From an uncultured Ruficoccus sp. (GTDB taxonomy: Bacteria; Verrucomicrobiota; Verrucomicrobiia; Opitutales; Cerasicoccaceae), in contig OZ223481.1 of the NCBI GenBank assembly GCA_965140785.1, forward strand, positions 712,487-776,486: a stretch of DNA of 64,000 nucleotides. The letters run 5' to 3'. Shown piece after piece: positions 53,184-62,868 of this stretch. The notes under the pieces are model-generated. The model saw only the letters and a program-made list of their open reading frames with translations. It was not told where the DNA came from and searched no databases. Position numbers and translations under genes: made by a program. Numbering within the stretch: the first letter of the stretch is position 1; every line of letters starts with the position of its first letter.

Positions 53184-54654
53184 CTTGCTTCGCACAGGAG
53201 GACTGCTGGGGACGGCCCTGGTGCTGGCCGGTTGCCAGTACACGGCTCAGACCCCGGCTGCCGATACCGCTCAGGAGCTTCCGGCCACCTATGAGGACAC
53301 CGGCGAGGTCTCCGAGGCGGCCATGCAGGAGCAGTGGTGGACCGCTTTCGATCGCCCCGACCTTAATGAGCTGGAAGAGGAAGGCATGAGCGGAAACCTC
53401 GACCTGGCCGAGGCTTGGGCGCGCCTGCGTCAGGCACAGGCCGAAGCGGTCATTGCCGGGGCGGACCTTTACCCCTCCGCCGATGCCTCGGCCTCGTGGA
53501 GCAAGACCCGCACCTTTGGCGTGGGCTCGGGCACGACGGACGGCTGGGGCCTCGGGACCGGCATCGGCTACGAGCTGGACCTGTGGGGTCGCATCCGCGC
53601 CCAGGCCGAGAGTGCCGAGGCGTTGGCCGGAGCCAGCCAGTTCGACGTGCAGGCCACGGCCCTGACGCTCAGCGGGGACATTGCCTCGACCTGGCTCAGC
53701 CTGCTGGCCTACCGTCAGGGGGTTCTGCTACTGGAGCAGCAGGTCGAAACCAACCGTACCCAGCTTGAGCTGATTTTGCTGCGTTTCGCCAACGCCCAGT
53801 CCAACGCCCTCGATGTGCTCCAACAGCGGCAGTTGTTGGCCGCTGCCGAGGCGCGCCTACCCAATGCGCAGCGCCAGATCCGCCTGCTCCAGCACCAGAT
53901 GGCGCTTCTGCTGGGAGTTCCTTCGGACAAGGTGTACACGCTCGACGGCGAATTTACCATGCCGCTGCTGCCTCCGGAACCCCCGACCGGCATCCCCTCC
54001 GACCTGTTGACACAGCGGCCCGACGTGCGCGCCCGCTATATGGAGCTGGAGGCGGCGAGCTGGAACGTGGCCGGTGCCAAGGCCGACCGCCTGCCGCGGG
54101 TCAGCCTCAGCGCCAACGCCGAGACCACGGCCCAGGCTTTCGGGGACATGTTCGATTCGTGGTCGGCTTCCTTCCTCGCCGGTCTGGCCCAGCCGCTGTT
54201 CGACGCCGGCGCCCGCCAGGCCGAGGTCGAGCGCCAACTGGCCCGGGCCCGTCAGGCCATGCTCCGGTACCGCACGACGGTGCTGGTCGCCTTCAAGGAA
54301 GTTCGCGATGCCCTCGCCAACGAGTACTGGTACATCCAGGCGCTGGCCGCGCTCGACATCGAGTTGAAGGCCGCCAAGCAGGAGTTTACCGAGGCGCAAC
54401 TGCGCTACGTCAACGGCCAGACCGACTACCTCGATGTGATCTCCTCGCTCACCACCCTGCAAGGGCTCCAGCGCGAGCGCATCGACGCGGTGGCGCAGGT
54501 CTTGCAGGCTCGTATCGACCTTCACTTGGCCCTCGGGGGTAATATCCCGCTGGAGAACCCGCAGCCCGAGCCCATCCTTTCGCCGGAGGACACCATCCCC
54601 TTCGTGCCCGCCATCGTCGAAGTCTTTGACGGCAGCTCCGAGACCGTGCAGTAA
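53176..54654 (+). CDS. Efflux outer membrane factor lipoprotein (NodT/OprM family)
   Basis: Lipobox LAGC; WWTAF, YELDLWGR, PSDLL.QRPDV and ALGG motifs. Confidence 0.92.
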   Translation: MNNLLRTGGLLGTALVLAGCQYTAQTPAADTAQELPATYEDTGEVSEAAMQEQWWTAFDRPDLNELEEEGMSGNLDLAEAWARLRQAQAEAVIAGADLYPSADASASWSKTRTFGVGSGTTDGWGLGTGIGYELDLWGRIRAQAESAEALAGASQFDVQATALTLSGDIASTWLSLLAYRQGVLLLEQQVETNRTQLELILLRFANAQSNALDVLQQRQLLAAAEARLPNAQRQIRLLQHQMALLLGVPSDKVYTLDGEFTMPLLPPEPPTGIPSDLLTQRPDVRARYMELEAASWNVAGAKADRLPRVSLSANAETTAQAFGDMFDSWSASFLAGLAQPLFDAGARQAEVERQLARARQAMLRYRTTVLVAFKEVRDALANEYWYIQALAALDIELKAAKQEFTEAQLRYVNGQTDYLDVISSLTTLQGLQRERIDAVAQVLQARIDLHLALGGNIPLENPQPEPILSPEDTIPFVPAIVEVFDGSSETVQ

Positions 54655-54678
54655 CACCCAACCTTTTTCCCACATCCC

Positions 54679-55911
54679 ATGTCCGACGAATCCGCATCCC
54701 GCCCCGCCCGCCGCTTTCCCTGGCGCCGTACCCTGGCCCTTTTGATCGTGGCCGCGGTCGCCGCGCTCGGCAGTTTGGTCCTGATCGAGACCGGTCCGAA
54801 AACCTCCCGACGGCCTCCGGCCCCGATGCAGGCCAACGTGGAGGCGGTCTCCCTCACGCGGGTGGATGCCCGTGTGGTGGTCGAGGGCATGGGCGAGGTC
54901 ATTCCCCAAAAGTCCGTTGAGATGCGTGCGCAGGTCGGCGGTGAAGTCGTCGAAGTGGGACCGCATTTTTCCGAGGGCCGGATGCTCGAAAAGGGCGAGC
55001 TCATGCTGCGTCTGGACGATCGTGACTATCAGATCGCTCTCCAGCAGGCCGAGGCGGCACTGCAACAGGCCCAGAGCGCCCTGGCGATTGAAGACGGCAG
55101 CCAGACTATCGCCAAGCGGGAGTGGGAGCTGATTCAGGAAGCCGCCGAAGTGGCCGGGGCCAACGCTTCTCTGGCCCTGCGCGAGCCGCAGCTCCAGACG
55201 GCCAAGGCGACGGTCGCCACTGCCAATGCGGACTTGGACGACGCCAAGCTCGACCTCCAGCGCACCCGCATCGTCGCTCCCTTTAACGCCATTGTGTTAG
55301 CCAAAACCGCCGACCAGGGTTCCTACATCTCGCAGCAGACAGCCGTGGCCACGCTGGCCGGGCTCGACACCTACTGGGTCCAGGTGGCCGTGCCCGAGTC
55401 GCAGCTGCGCTGGCTGACCGTCCCGGCGCCCGGCGAGGCCCGCGGCAGCGTGGCTCGCGTGTATCCAGATTCCACGACAGATCTCTACCGCGAGGGCTAT
55501 GTGGTGGCTATGCTCGGGGATCTCGATCCCGACGGGCGCATGGCGCGTTTGCTCGTAGCGGTGGAGGATCCGCTCGCTATCGATCCCGACAACCGCGGCA
55601 AACCGGCCCTCCTGCTGGGCGATTATGTGCGGGTGGAGATCGACGGCACCGAGCTGAAGGACATTTTTCAACTGCCGCGTGAGAGCTTCCATGAAGGCTC
55701 CCGTGTCTGGATGGTCGGCGAGGACGAAACACTCGAGATCCGCCCGGTCAAACCGGTGTGGATGGGCGACGAGTCGGTCATCGTGGACGAGGGCTTGGAA
55801 GAGAATGAGCGCATGGTGCTGAGCAATCTTGCCATGCCCGCTCCCGGCCTGAAGCTGATTGTGGCCGAGGTGGATAACCCCTTGCATGCCGGCGAGGAGG
55901 ACACTCCGTGA
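54679..55911 (+). CDS. RND efflux periplasmic adaptor (MFP)
   Basis: N-terminal TM, lipoyl half-motifs (VGGEV, RIVAPF) and a coiled coil. Confidence 0.92.
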   Translation: MSDESASRPARRFPWRRTLALLIVAAVAALGSLVLIETGPKTSRRPPAPMQANVEAVSLTRVDARVVVEGMGEVIPQKSVEMRAQVGGEVVEVGPHFSEGRMLEKGELMLRLDDRDYQIALQQAEAALQQAQSALAIEDGSQTIAKREWELIQEAAEVAGANASLALREPQLQTAKATVATANADLDDAKLDLQRTRIVAPFNAIVLAKTADQGSYISQQTAVATLAGLDTYWVQVAVPESQLRWLTVPAPGEARGSVARVYPDSTTDLYREGYVVAMLGDLDPDGRMARLLVAVEDPLAIDPDNRGKPALLLGDYVRVEIDGTELKDIFQLPRESFHEGSRVWMVGEDETLEIRPVKPVWMGDESVIVDEGLEENERMVLSNLAMPAPGLKLIVAEVDNPLHAGEEDTP

Positions 55912-57092
55912 GCGAGCCTTCGCAGCAGCGTCCGCGGCGCCTGCTGGTCCTGTTTCTGGCCCTGCTGAGCGCGACGCCGCCTCTGTCCACGGACATGTAT
56001 CTGGCGGCGATTCCACACATTGCCGAGCAGTGGCACGCCCCCGTGAGCCTGGTCAACCTGTCGCTGGTGCTGTGGTTCGTCGCGTTCAGTTTCAGCCTGC
56101 TTTTCTTCGGCGCACTGTCGGACCGGGTGGGGCGGCGTCCGGTCCTGCTGGGCGGCCTGCTGGGCTTTTCCATTGCCTCGGCTCTGTGCGCGATGGCGAC
56201 CGGCCCGGTCTGGTTGATCGTCTTCCGTGTCCTGCAAGGCGTGGCGGCCTCGGCCCCCTCGGCCATGACCATGGCGTACTGCCGCGACTGTTTCGAAGGC
56301 CGCGCCCGCCAGCATTTGCTGGCCTGGATCGGCATCATCATATCCATCGCGCCCATGGTGGCTCCGAGTGTCGGCGCGCTTATCCTGAAGGTGGCCGACT
56401 GGCGGGTCATTTTTATTATCCTGAGCGTCATCGGACTGGGACAACTGACGGTGGCGTCGTTTTACTTCCGCGAAAGCGCCCGGAAGCTGGAGGGTGGCGG
56501 CGTGCTGGCGGCGGTCAAGCGCTACGCCCGTCTCAGCCGCAACCGCAACTTCGTTCTGGCCAACAGCAGTATGTGCCTGCTGGTGGCGCCGCTGTTCGGC
56601 TACGTGGGGATCGCCGCCACGGTCTATATCGATAATTTCGGCCTCAGCGAGCAGGCCTTCGGGTTGTTGTTCGCGGCCGCGCCGCTCATGTCGATGATCG
56701 GTGCCTACACCTGCACCCGGCTTTTGCAGCATTTTAGCGACCGGCAGTTGATCTTCGTCAGCCTGTGTGGCAGCGTGGCGGCAGCGTTGTTTCTGCTGGT
56801 GCTGGGCGCGCACTATTTTGCCTTCTTTACAATTGGGGTCGCGACCTTCGCCTTTTTCTCCGGCATCAGCCGCCCGCTGAGCAACCACATCATCCTCGAA
56901 CAGGTGAACGAGGATATCGGTGCGGCATCCTCCACGATCATCTTCACCCAGTTTATGGCGGGTGCACTCTGCATGGCCATCACGACGGCGGGCTGGGCGC
57001 GCCCGATCGCGGTTTACGCGCTGACTATTCTGGCCCTGCCCGGCGGCGTCCTCCTGCTGTGGCCATGGCTGGCGAAGAGGCTGCGCTTCTGA
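55908..57092 (+). CDS. MFS drug efflux transporter, Bcr/CflA family
   Basis: STDMYL.AIP and GALSDRVGRRPVLL motifs. Confidence 0.9.
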   Translation: MSEPSQQRPRRLLVLFLALLSATPPLSTDMYLAAIPHIAEQWHAPVSLVNLSLVLWFVAFSFSLLFFGALSDRVGRRPVLLGGLLGFSIASALCAMATGPVWLIVFRVLQGVAASAPSAMTMAYCRDCFEGRARQHLLAWIGIIISIAPMVAPSVGALILKVADWRVIFIILSVIGLGQLTVASFYFRESARKLEGGGVLAAVKRYARLSRNRNFVLANSSMCLLVAPLFGYVGIAATVYIDNFGLSEQAFGLLFAAAPLMSMIGAYTCTRLLQHFSDRQLIFVSLCGSVAAALFLLVLGAHYFAFFTIGVATFAFFSGISRPLSNHIILEQVNEDIGAASSTIIFTQFMAGALCMAITTAGWARPIAVYALTILALPGGVLLLWPWLAKRLRF

Positions 57093-57136
57093 GCTGCCAC
57101 TGATCTATCGCTTATCTTTCAATTTCGTATCCAACT

Positions 57137-60100
57137 ATGAATACACCCCACACTCCCCGCTCCCGAGGGACCATCGCATGGATGGCCGGCCATTCCGTCA
57201 CGGCCAATCTGCTGATGTGCGTGTTTGTCGTGGGCGGCCTGATTTTCGCCTCGCGGGTCAAGCAGGAGGTCTTCCCGGCCTTCGAGATGGACATGGTGAA
57301 TATCAGCGTCAGCTATCCCGGTGCCAGTCCTGAGGAGGTCGAGCAAAGCATCGTCCTGCCGGTGGAGGAGGCCGTGGAGGGGCTCGATGGGGTGAAGGAA
57401 GTTACCTCGACCGCCAACGAAGGCAGTGGGCAGGTCCGGGTCGAGCTGATCGAGGGCGAGAACCTCCAGCAGCTCGCCGCCGACATTAAAAACGAGGTGG
57501 ACCGCATCACAACCTTTCCCGAGGAGGCCGAGGAGCCGACGGTTTCCATCGTCAGCCATCGGCGCGATGTGGTGACGCTGGCCATCCACGGAGATATGGA
57601 CGAGTGGACCCTGCGCTCGGTGGCCGAAACCGTCCGCGACACGCTTTTATCCAACAACGAGATCACCCAGGTCGAGCTTTCCGGGGCGCGCGACTACGAG
57701 GTCACGATCACTGTCCCGCGCGAGACGCTGCGCCGCTATGGGCTGACCCTCGGGGATGTGGCCGACGCGGTCAATAACTCCGCGCTCGATATGGCCGGGG
57801 GCGGGGTGGAGACCGCCTCGGGAGAAATTCTCGTCCGTCTCAAGCAGCGCCGGGACTACGCCCGGGAATTCGCCGACATCCCGGTCATCAGCGAAGTGGA
57901 CGGGGTGCGCGTGCTGCTGGCCGACATTGCCACCATCACTGACGGCTTTGAGGATACGGACCTGTACGCCTACTACAACGGTGACCGCGCCGTGTTGATC
58001 GACATTTACCGCATTGGCGACCAGACGCCGATCAGTGTGGCCGACGCGGTCAAAGACGAGGTGGCGACCCTGAAGGAAACCCTGCCCAAGGGTGTCTCGA
58101 TCGATGTCCTCGACGACCGCTCCGAGATTTACAGCCAGCGGGCCGAGCTGTTGCTGAAAAATCTTTTTATGGGGCTCATTCTGGTGCTGTTGGTGCTGGG
58201 GCTCTTTCTGGAGGCTCGCCTGGCCTTCTGGGTCATGCTCGGGATTCCCATTTCGTTCCTGGGGGCGTTCCTGTTTTTCCCCATGTTCGACGCCACGATC
58301 AACATGATCTCCATGTTCGCCTTTATCATCACGCTGGGGATCGTGGTGGACGACGCTATCGTGGTGGGTGAAAACATCTACAGCCACCACCAGCGCGGCA
58401 AGCCGTTCTTCAAGGCCGCCGTGGACGGGACCCGTGAAGTGGCCATGCCGGTGACCTTCAGCGTGCTGACAAATATCGCGGCCTTCACGCCGCTGTTCTT
58501 CGTGCCGGGGGTGATGGGAAAAATCTTCCAGGTTATTCCGGTGGTGGTTGTTTCGGTCTTCGCCGTTTCGCTGATCGAGTCGCTCTTCATTCTGCCCGCT
58601 CACCTGAGCCATCAGAAGGACATTCACCCGCACGGCATCGGGGGCAAGCTACACCACCTACAGCAGCGTTTCAGTCGGGCTTTTGGCCGATTCGTGGCTG
58701 ACCGCTATCACCCGTGGCTGACGAAGGTTCTGCGCTGGCGCTACGTGGTCTGCGCGATCGGCCTGGCCGCCATGACGCTGATTTTCGCCTGGGTGGACAG
58801 CGGCCGCATGCGCATGATTCTCATGCCCCGGGTGGAGCAGGACTACGCCTACGCCGAGGTCCGCATGCCCTACGGCTCCCCGGTAGAGCAGACCGAGCGC
58901 ATCCGTAAACAGGTGCTGAAGGCGGCCGAGGAAGTCGTGGCCGAAAACGGCGGCGACCAACTGGCGCGGGGCATTTACTCGGTCGTGGGGCGCGGCGGCA
59001 GCCACGTCGTCACCTTTCGGGTCTTTTTGACCGATGCCAACACGCGGCCCATTTCGACGCTCGAGTTCACGCAGAAGTGGCGCGAAAAAGTCGGCACGCT
59101 CTACGGGGTGGACACTTCCACCTTTGCCTCCGACCGGGGCGGGCCCGGCTCGGGGCAGGCTGTCACGGTCGAGCTCAGCCACCGCCACATTCCCACTCTG
59201 GAGGCCGCCGCCGCCGACCTGGCCGACACCCTGATGGAGTACCCGGAGACGACCGACTCCGACGACGGTTTTCAGCCGGGCAAGGAACAGTTCAACCTGC
59301 GGCTCAAGCCCGAAGGGCAGAGTCTGGGGCTGACCGCGCGCAATGTCGCCCGGCAGGTGCGCGGCTCCTTCTACGGGGCCGAGGCGCTGCGGCAGTTGCG
59401 GGGCCGTCACGAGATTAAGGTGATGGTGCGCCTGCCCGAGGAGGAGCGCAGCTCCGAGGCCGATGTGGACTCGCTCATCCTGCTGACGCCCCAAGGGGGC
59501 GAGGTCCCCCTGGCCGATGTGGTCACGATCGAGCGCGACCGGGCCTTTACCAGTATCTCCCGGCGCGATGGTCGCCGCGTGCTCTCGGTCACCGCCGACA
59601 CGGCGGACCCGGCGGACGCCCCGCTGATCACGGCAGACCTGACGGCCAGTGTCCTGCCGGACCTCGTCTCGCGCTATCCGGGCCTGAGCTATTCCTTCGA
59701 AGGCCGCCAGGCGGACATGAACGACAGCGTGCAGGCCATGATCATCGGTCTGCTCATGGCCATGCTGGCGGTGTACGCACTGTTGGCCATTCCTTTTAAC
59801 AGCTACCTGCAACCGGCCATCGTCATGCTGGCCATCCCCTTCGGGATCGTCGGCGCGGTCATCGGCCACATCATCATGGGCTATAATCTCTCGCTCATGA
59901 GCCTGCTGGGCATCGTCGCGCTCAGTGGGGTGGTGGTGAACGACTCGCTCGTGCTGATCGACTTCACCAACCGCCTGCGCCGCGAGGGACGTAACGCCGC
60001 CGAAGCCGTCACCGGGGCCGCCGTGGCGCGTTTCCGCGCCATCGTGCTGACCACGCTGACGACCTTCGGCGGACTCTTCCCGATGATTCTGGAAACCTCC

Positions 60101-60301
60101 CGCCAGGCGCGCTTCATGATCCCGATGGCGATTTCGCTGGGCTTCGGCATCCTCTTTGCCACTTTGATTACCCTGGTGCTGGTTCCGTGCTTCTATGTCA
60201 TTCTGGAGGACCTTCGTGGGCGCACGCATCACCGTCCGGGCGAGGAAGGGGCAGAGGCGCCCGGCTTCGTCCCGGCCAAGGACGCTCCCGCCCAGAGCTG
60301 A
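57137..60301 (+). CDS. RND efflux permease (AcrB family)
   Basis: 1054 aa with YPGASPEEVE, GIVVDDAIVVGEN, GVVVNDS and RFRAIVLTTLTT. Confidence 0.95.
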   Translation: MNTPHTPRSRGTIAWMAGHSVTANLLMCVFVVGGLIFASRVKQEVFPAFEMDMVNISVSYPGASPEEVEQSIVLPVEEAVEGLDGVKEVTSTANEGSGQVRVELIEGENLQQLAADIKNEVDRITTFPEEAEEPTVSIVSHRRDVVTLAIHGDMDEWTLRSVAETVRDTLLSNNEITQVELSGARDYEVTITVPRETLRRYGLTLGDVADAVNNSALDMAGGGVETASGEILVRLKQRRDYAREFADIPVISEVDGVRVLLADIATITDGFEDTDLYAYYNGDRAVLIDIYRIGDQTPISVADAVKDEVATLKETLPKGVSIDVLDDRSEIYSQRAELLLKNLFMGLILVLLVLGLFLEARLAFWVMLGIPISFLGAFLFFPMFDATINMISMFAFIITLGIVVDDAIVVGENIYSHHQRGKPFFKAAVDGTREVAMPVTFSVLTNIAAFTPLFFVPGVMGKIFQVIPVVVVSVFAVSLIESLFILPAHLSHQKDIHPHGIGGKLHHLQQRFSRAFGRFVADRYHPWLTKVLRWRYVVCAIGLAAMTLIFAWVDSGRMRMILMPRVEQDYAYAEVRMPYGSPVEQTERIRKQVLKAAEEVVAENGGDQLARGIYSVVGRGGSHVVTFRVFLTDANTRPISTLEFTQKWREKVGTLYGVDTSTFASDRGGPGSGQAVTVELSHRHIPTLEAAAADLADTLMEYPETTDSDDGFQPGKEQFNLRLKPEGQSLGLTARNVARQVRGSFYGAEALRQLRGRHEIKVMVRLPEEERSSEADVDSLILLTPQGGEVPLADVVTIERDRAFTSISRRDGRRVLSVTADTADPADAPLITADLTASVLPDLVSRYPGLSYSFEGRQADMNDSVQAMIIGLLMAMLAVYALLAIPFNSYLQPAIVMLAIPFGIVGAVIGHIIMGYNLSLMSLLGIVALSGVVVNDSLVLIDFTNRLRREGRNAAEAVTGAAVARFRAIVLTTLTTFGGLFPMILETSRQARFMIPMAISLGFGILFATLITLVLVPCFYVILEDLRGRTHHRPGEEGAEAPGFVPAKDAPAQS

Positions 60302-60421
60302 ACAGATGTGGCGGGGTGTGCGCTTTGCTGCCGCTCCGGTGCGAGTTTTTTTGTCAGAGGATGCGGGAAGGGTGGAGGGCCGAACTTGTAGTTAGAAATA
60401 ACTACAGGCGGCGAAGGCACT

Positions 60422-61303
60422 TCATCCCCGGCTGTTTATCCACTGCTGGGGGCTTTGGCCGAACTGTCGCTTGAACGCCCGCGAGAAGTAGTGGACGCTC
60501 GCATAGCCGAGCATCTCGGCGGTGGCGGTGACGCTCTCCCCCGCGGCCAGCAGGTCCCGCGAACGGTTGAGCCGGATCAGGTTCTCGAACTGCCGGGGTG
60601 AGTGTCCGGTGTGCTTGCGAAAAAGACTGCGCAGCAGCGAATAGCTCACGCCCAGCTCCGCCGCCAGCGCGGGCAGGTCGGTGAGGCGGGAGGGATCTTC
60701 CAGCAGGCGGGCGCGGACGGTAATAATCAACGCTTCCTCGCGTGCGCGAGGGGTGCCTGCCGCCACACTGCCGGCCCGCAGCAGGGCCAGCAGTTGGGGA
60801 ATGAGGCTGGCCATGACCAACTCGCCGCCGGGGCGAGGGTGGCGCAGCCAACCCAGTAATTGATCGAAGATCCGGATCGCCTCGGCGGTATGGGCGCCGG
60901 GTTGGACGGGACGGCTGCGGCTGAAAAACGTCCGCATGATCCGCGCCGCTTCCTGCCCCTCGAAGCCCAGCCAGTACTCGCTCCAGCCGGTGCGGGGATG
61001 GGGTCGGTACCTGTGCCACTCGCCCGGAAAAAGCAGCAGCGTGTCCCCGGCGTGCACGGGCCGCTCCCGGCACGAGCGCGACTGGAAGGTCCCGCCGCCA
61101 GCGGTGATGAGCACGAGCTGGTACTCGTTCAGGGTGCGGCGCCCATTCTTGTCAAAAAAGTAAGCAAGCGGGTGAGGTGCCCGGGGGTAATCGGCACCGG
61201 GGGGGACATTCTGGCGTCCGGCGTCGATCAGCCGCCATCCCCACTTGGTCGCTTGTGGGTCGGGGGGAAGGTAGCGGCTGAAACTGTCAATGCGTTCGGG
61301 CAT
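60422..61303 (-). CDS. AraC-family transcriptional regulator (start may be 61321)
   Basis: Cupin N-domain (FPGEWHRY); C-terminal double HTH ending GYASVHYFSRAFK; divergent from rhaA. Confidence 0.92.
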   Translation of the reverse strand: MPERIDSFSRYLPPDPQATKWGWRLIDAGRQNVPPGADYPRAPHPLAYFFDKNGRRTLNEYQLVLITAGGGTFQSRSCRERPVHAGDTLLLFPGEWHRYRPHPRTGWSEYWLGFEGQEAARIMRTFFSRSRPVQPGAHTAEAIRIFDQLLGWLRHPRPGGELVMASLIPQLLALLRAGSVAAGTPRAREEALIITVRARLLEDPSRLTDLPALAAELGVSYSLLRSLFRKHTGHSPRQFENLIRLNRSRDLLAAGESVTATAEMLGYASVHYFSRAFKRQFGQSPQQWINSRG

Positions 61304-61331
61304 AGTCGGTTTTGAAAACATGCCTGATTCT

Positions 61332-61366
61332 GTCAAAAAGTGCAAATAAGAAGTCAGCCCGTGTAT
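61332..61366 (+). promoter_or_regulatory. Candidate AraC-type direct-repeat site
   Basis: GTCAaaaaGTGcA and GTCAgcccGTGtA spaced 21 bp apart in the araC-rhaA intergenic region. Confidence 0.4.
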
Positions 61367-61505
61367 GGTTAACTCCGCGCGTATTTGTTAGAGTACCGTA
61401 CCCAGCCTCCCGCCTTCGTCTTCCTTACCTGCGTGCTGTCCCCTCCCGAACTCTCAAACGTTCAAACTCCAAACCAACATCCCCAACCCCCAACTTATTT
61501 GTCCC

Positions 61506-62747
61506 ATGTTTAATCAGGTGAAAGAGCAATACGCCGGACTCGGCGTCGATGTGGAAAAAGCGCTCGAAGTGATGGCTTCGACCCCGATCTCCCTGCACTG
61601 CTGGCAGGGCGACGACGTCGGCGGCTTCGAGGGTGGCGACGGCGAGCTGGGCAGCGGCCTGGCCGTGACTGGCAACTACCCCGGAAAGGCCCGCACCATC
61701 GACGAACTGCGTCAGGACCTCGACCAGGTGCTTGCACTGTTGCCGGGCAGCCACCGGCTCAACCTCCACGCCATGTACGGCGACTTCGGCGGCAAGTCCG
61801 TGGACCGCGACGCCATCGAGCCGGAGCATTTCCAGAGCTGGATCGACTGGTGCCGCGAGAAGGGCCTGGGCATGGACTTCAACCCTTCGTGCTTCTCGCA
61901 CCCGAAGGCCGACGACGGCTTTACCCTGGCCAGCCCGGACCAGGGCATCCGCGACTTCTGGATCGAGCATTGCCGGGCCAGTCGCAAAATCGGCGCGGCC
62001 ATCGGCGACGCGCTCGGCAGCGCCTGCGTGACCAACGTGTGGATCCCCGACGGCATGAAGGACCTGCCCGTGGACCGGCTGGGCTTCCGGAAGCGCCTGG
62101 AAGAGAGTCTCGACGCGGTCTTCGCGGAAAAGCTCGACCCCACCCACAATATCGACGCGGTCGAGTCCAAGCTCTTCGGCATCGGCTCGGAAAGCTTTGT
62201 CGTCGGCTCGCACGAATTTTATCTGGGCTATGCGGCCAGCCGCCAGACCGCCCTGTGCCTGGACGCGGGTCACTTCCACCCGACCGAGAGCATCGCGGAC
62301 AAGGTTTCCTCCGTGCTGATGTTTGTGCCCGAACTGCTCCTGCACGTCTCCCGTGGCGTGCGCTGGGACAGCGACCATGTCGTGCTGCTGGACGACCCGA
62401 CGCAGGCCATCATGCAGGAACTGGTCCGCTGCGACGCCCTGCCACGCACCCACATCGGCCTGGACTTTTTCGACGCCTCGATCAACCGTATCGCGGCCTG
62501 GGCCATCGGCACCCGTGCCGCCCAGAAGTGCCTCCTGCTGGCCTTACTGGAGCCTCGCGAAATGCTCCGCCAAGCCGAGCTGAACGGTGACTACACCGCC
62601 CGCCTGATGATACTGGAGACCGCCAAGGCGATGCCCTGGAGTGTGATCTGGGAGGAGTTCTGCACCCGCAACAATGTCCCCGGCGAGCTTGCCTTGCTCG
62701 AGACGATCCGGGCATATGAGCAATCCGTCCTGGCCGCACGGGCTTGA
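61506..62747 (+). CDS. rhaA: L-rhamnose isomerase
   Basis: [56 protein letters not shown] and [10 protein letters not shown]. Confidence 0.97.
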   Translation: MFNQVKEQYAGLGVDVEKALEVMASTPISLHCWQGDDVGGFEGGDGELGSGLAVTGNYPGKARTIDELRQDLDQVLALLPGSHRLNLHAMYGDFGGKSVDRDAIEPEHFQSWIDWCREKGLGMDFNPSCFSHPKADDGFTLASPDQGIRDFWIEHCRASRKIGAAIGDALGSACVTNVWIPDGMKDLPVDRLGFRKRLEESLDAVFAEKLDPTHNIDAVESKLFGIGSESFVVGSHEFYLGYAASRQTALCLDAGHFHPTESIADKVSSVLMFVPELLLHVSRGVRWDSDHVVLLDDPTQAIMQELVRCDALPRTHIGLDFFDASINRIAAWAIGTRAAQKCLLLALLEPREMLRQAELNGDYTARLMILETAKAMPWSVIWEEFCTRNNVPGELALLETIRAYEQSVLAARA

Positions 62748-62868
62748 TTTTTTTGCATAACCAAGCCTGATCGTGGACTTCGGCGCGCCTATCTGTTGTG
62801 CTTTGGGCGCGCCGGAGCGCCACTTTCATCCTTGTTTTGGGCGCGACTTTTCGCACCGTAGGTAAGCC

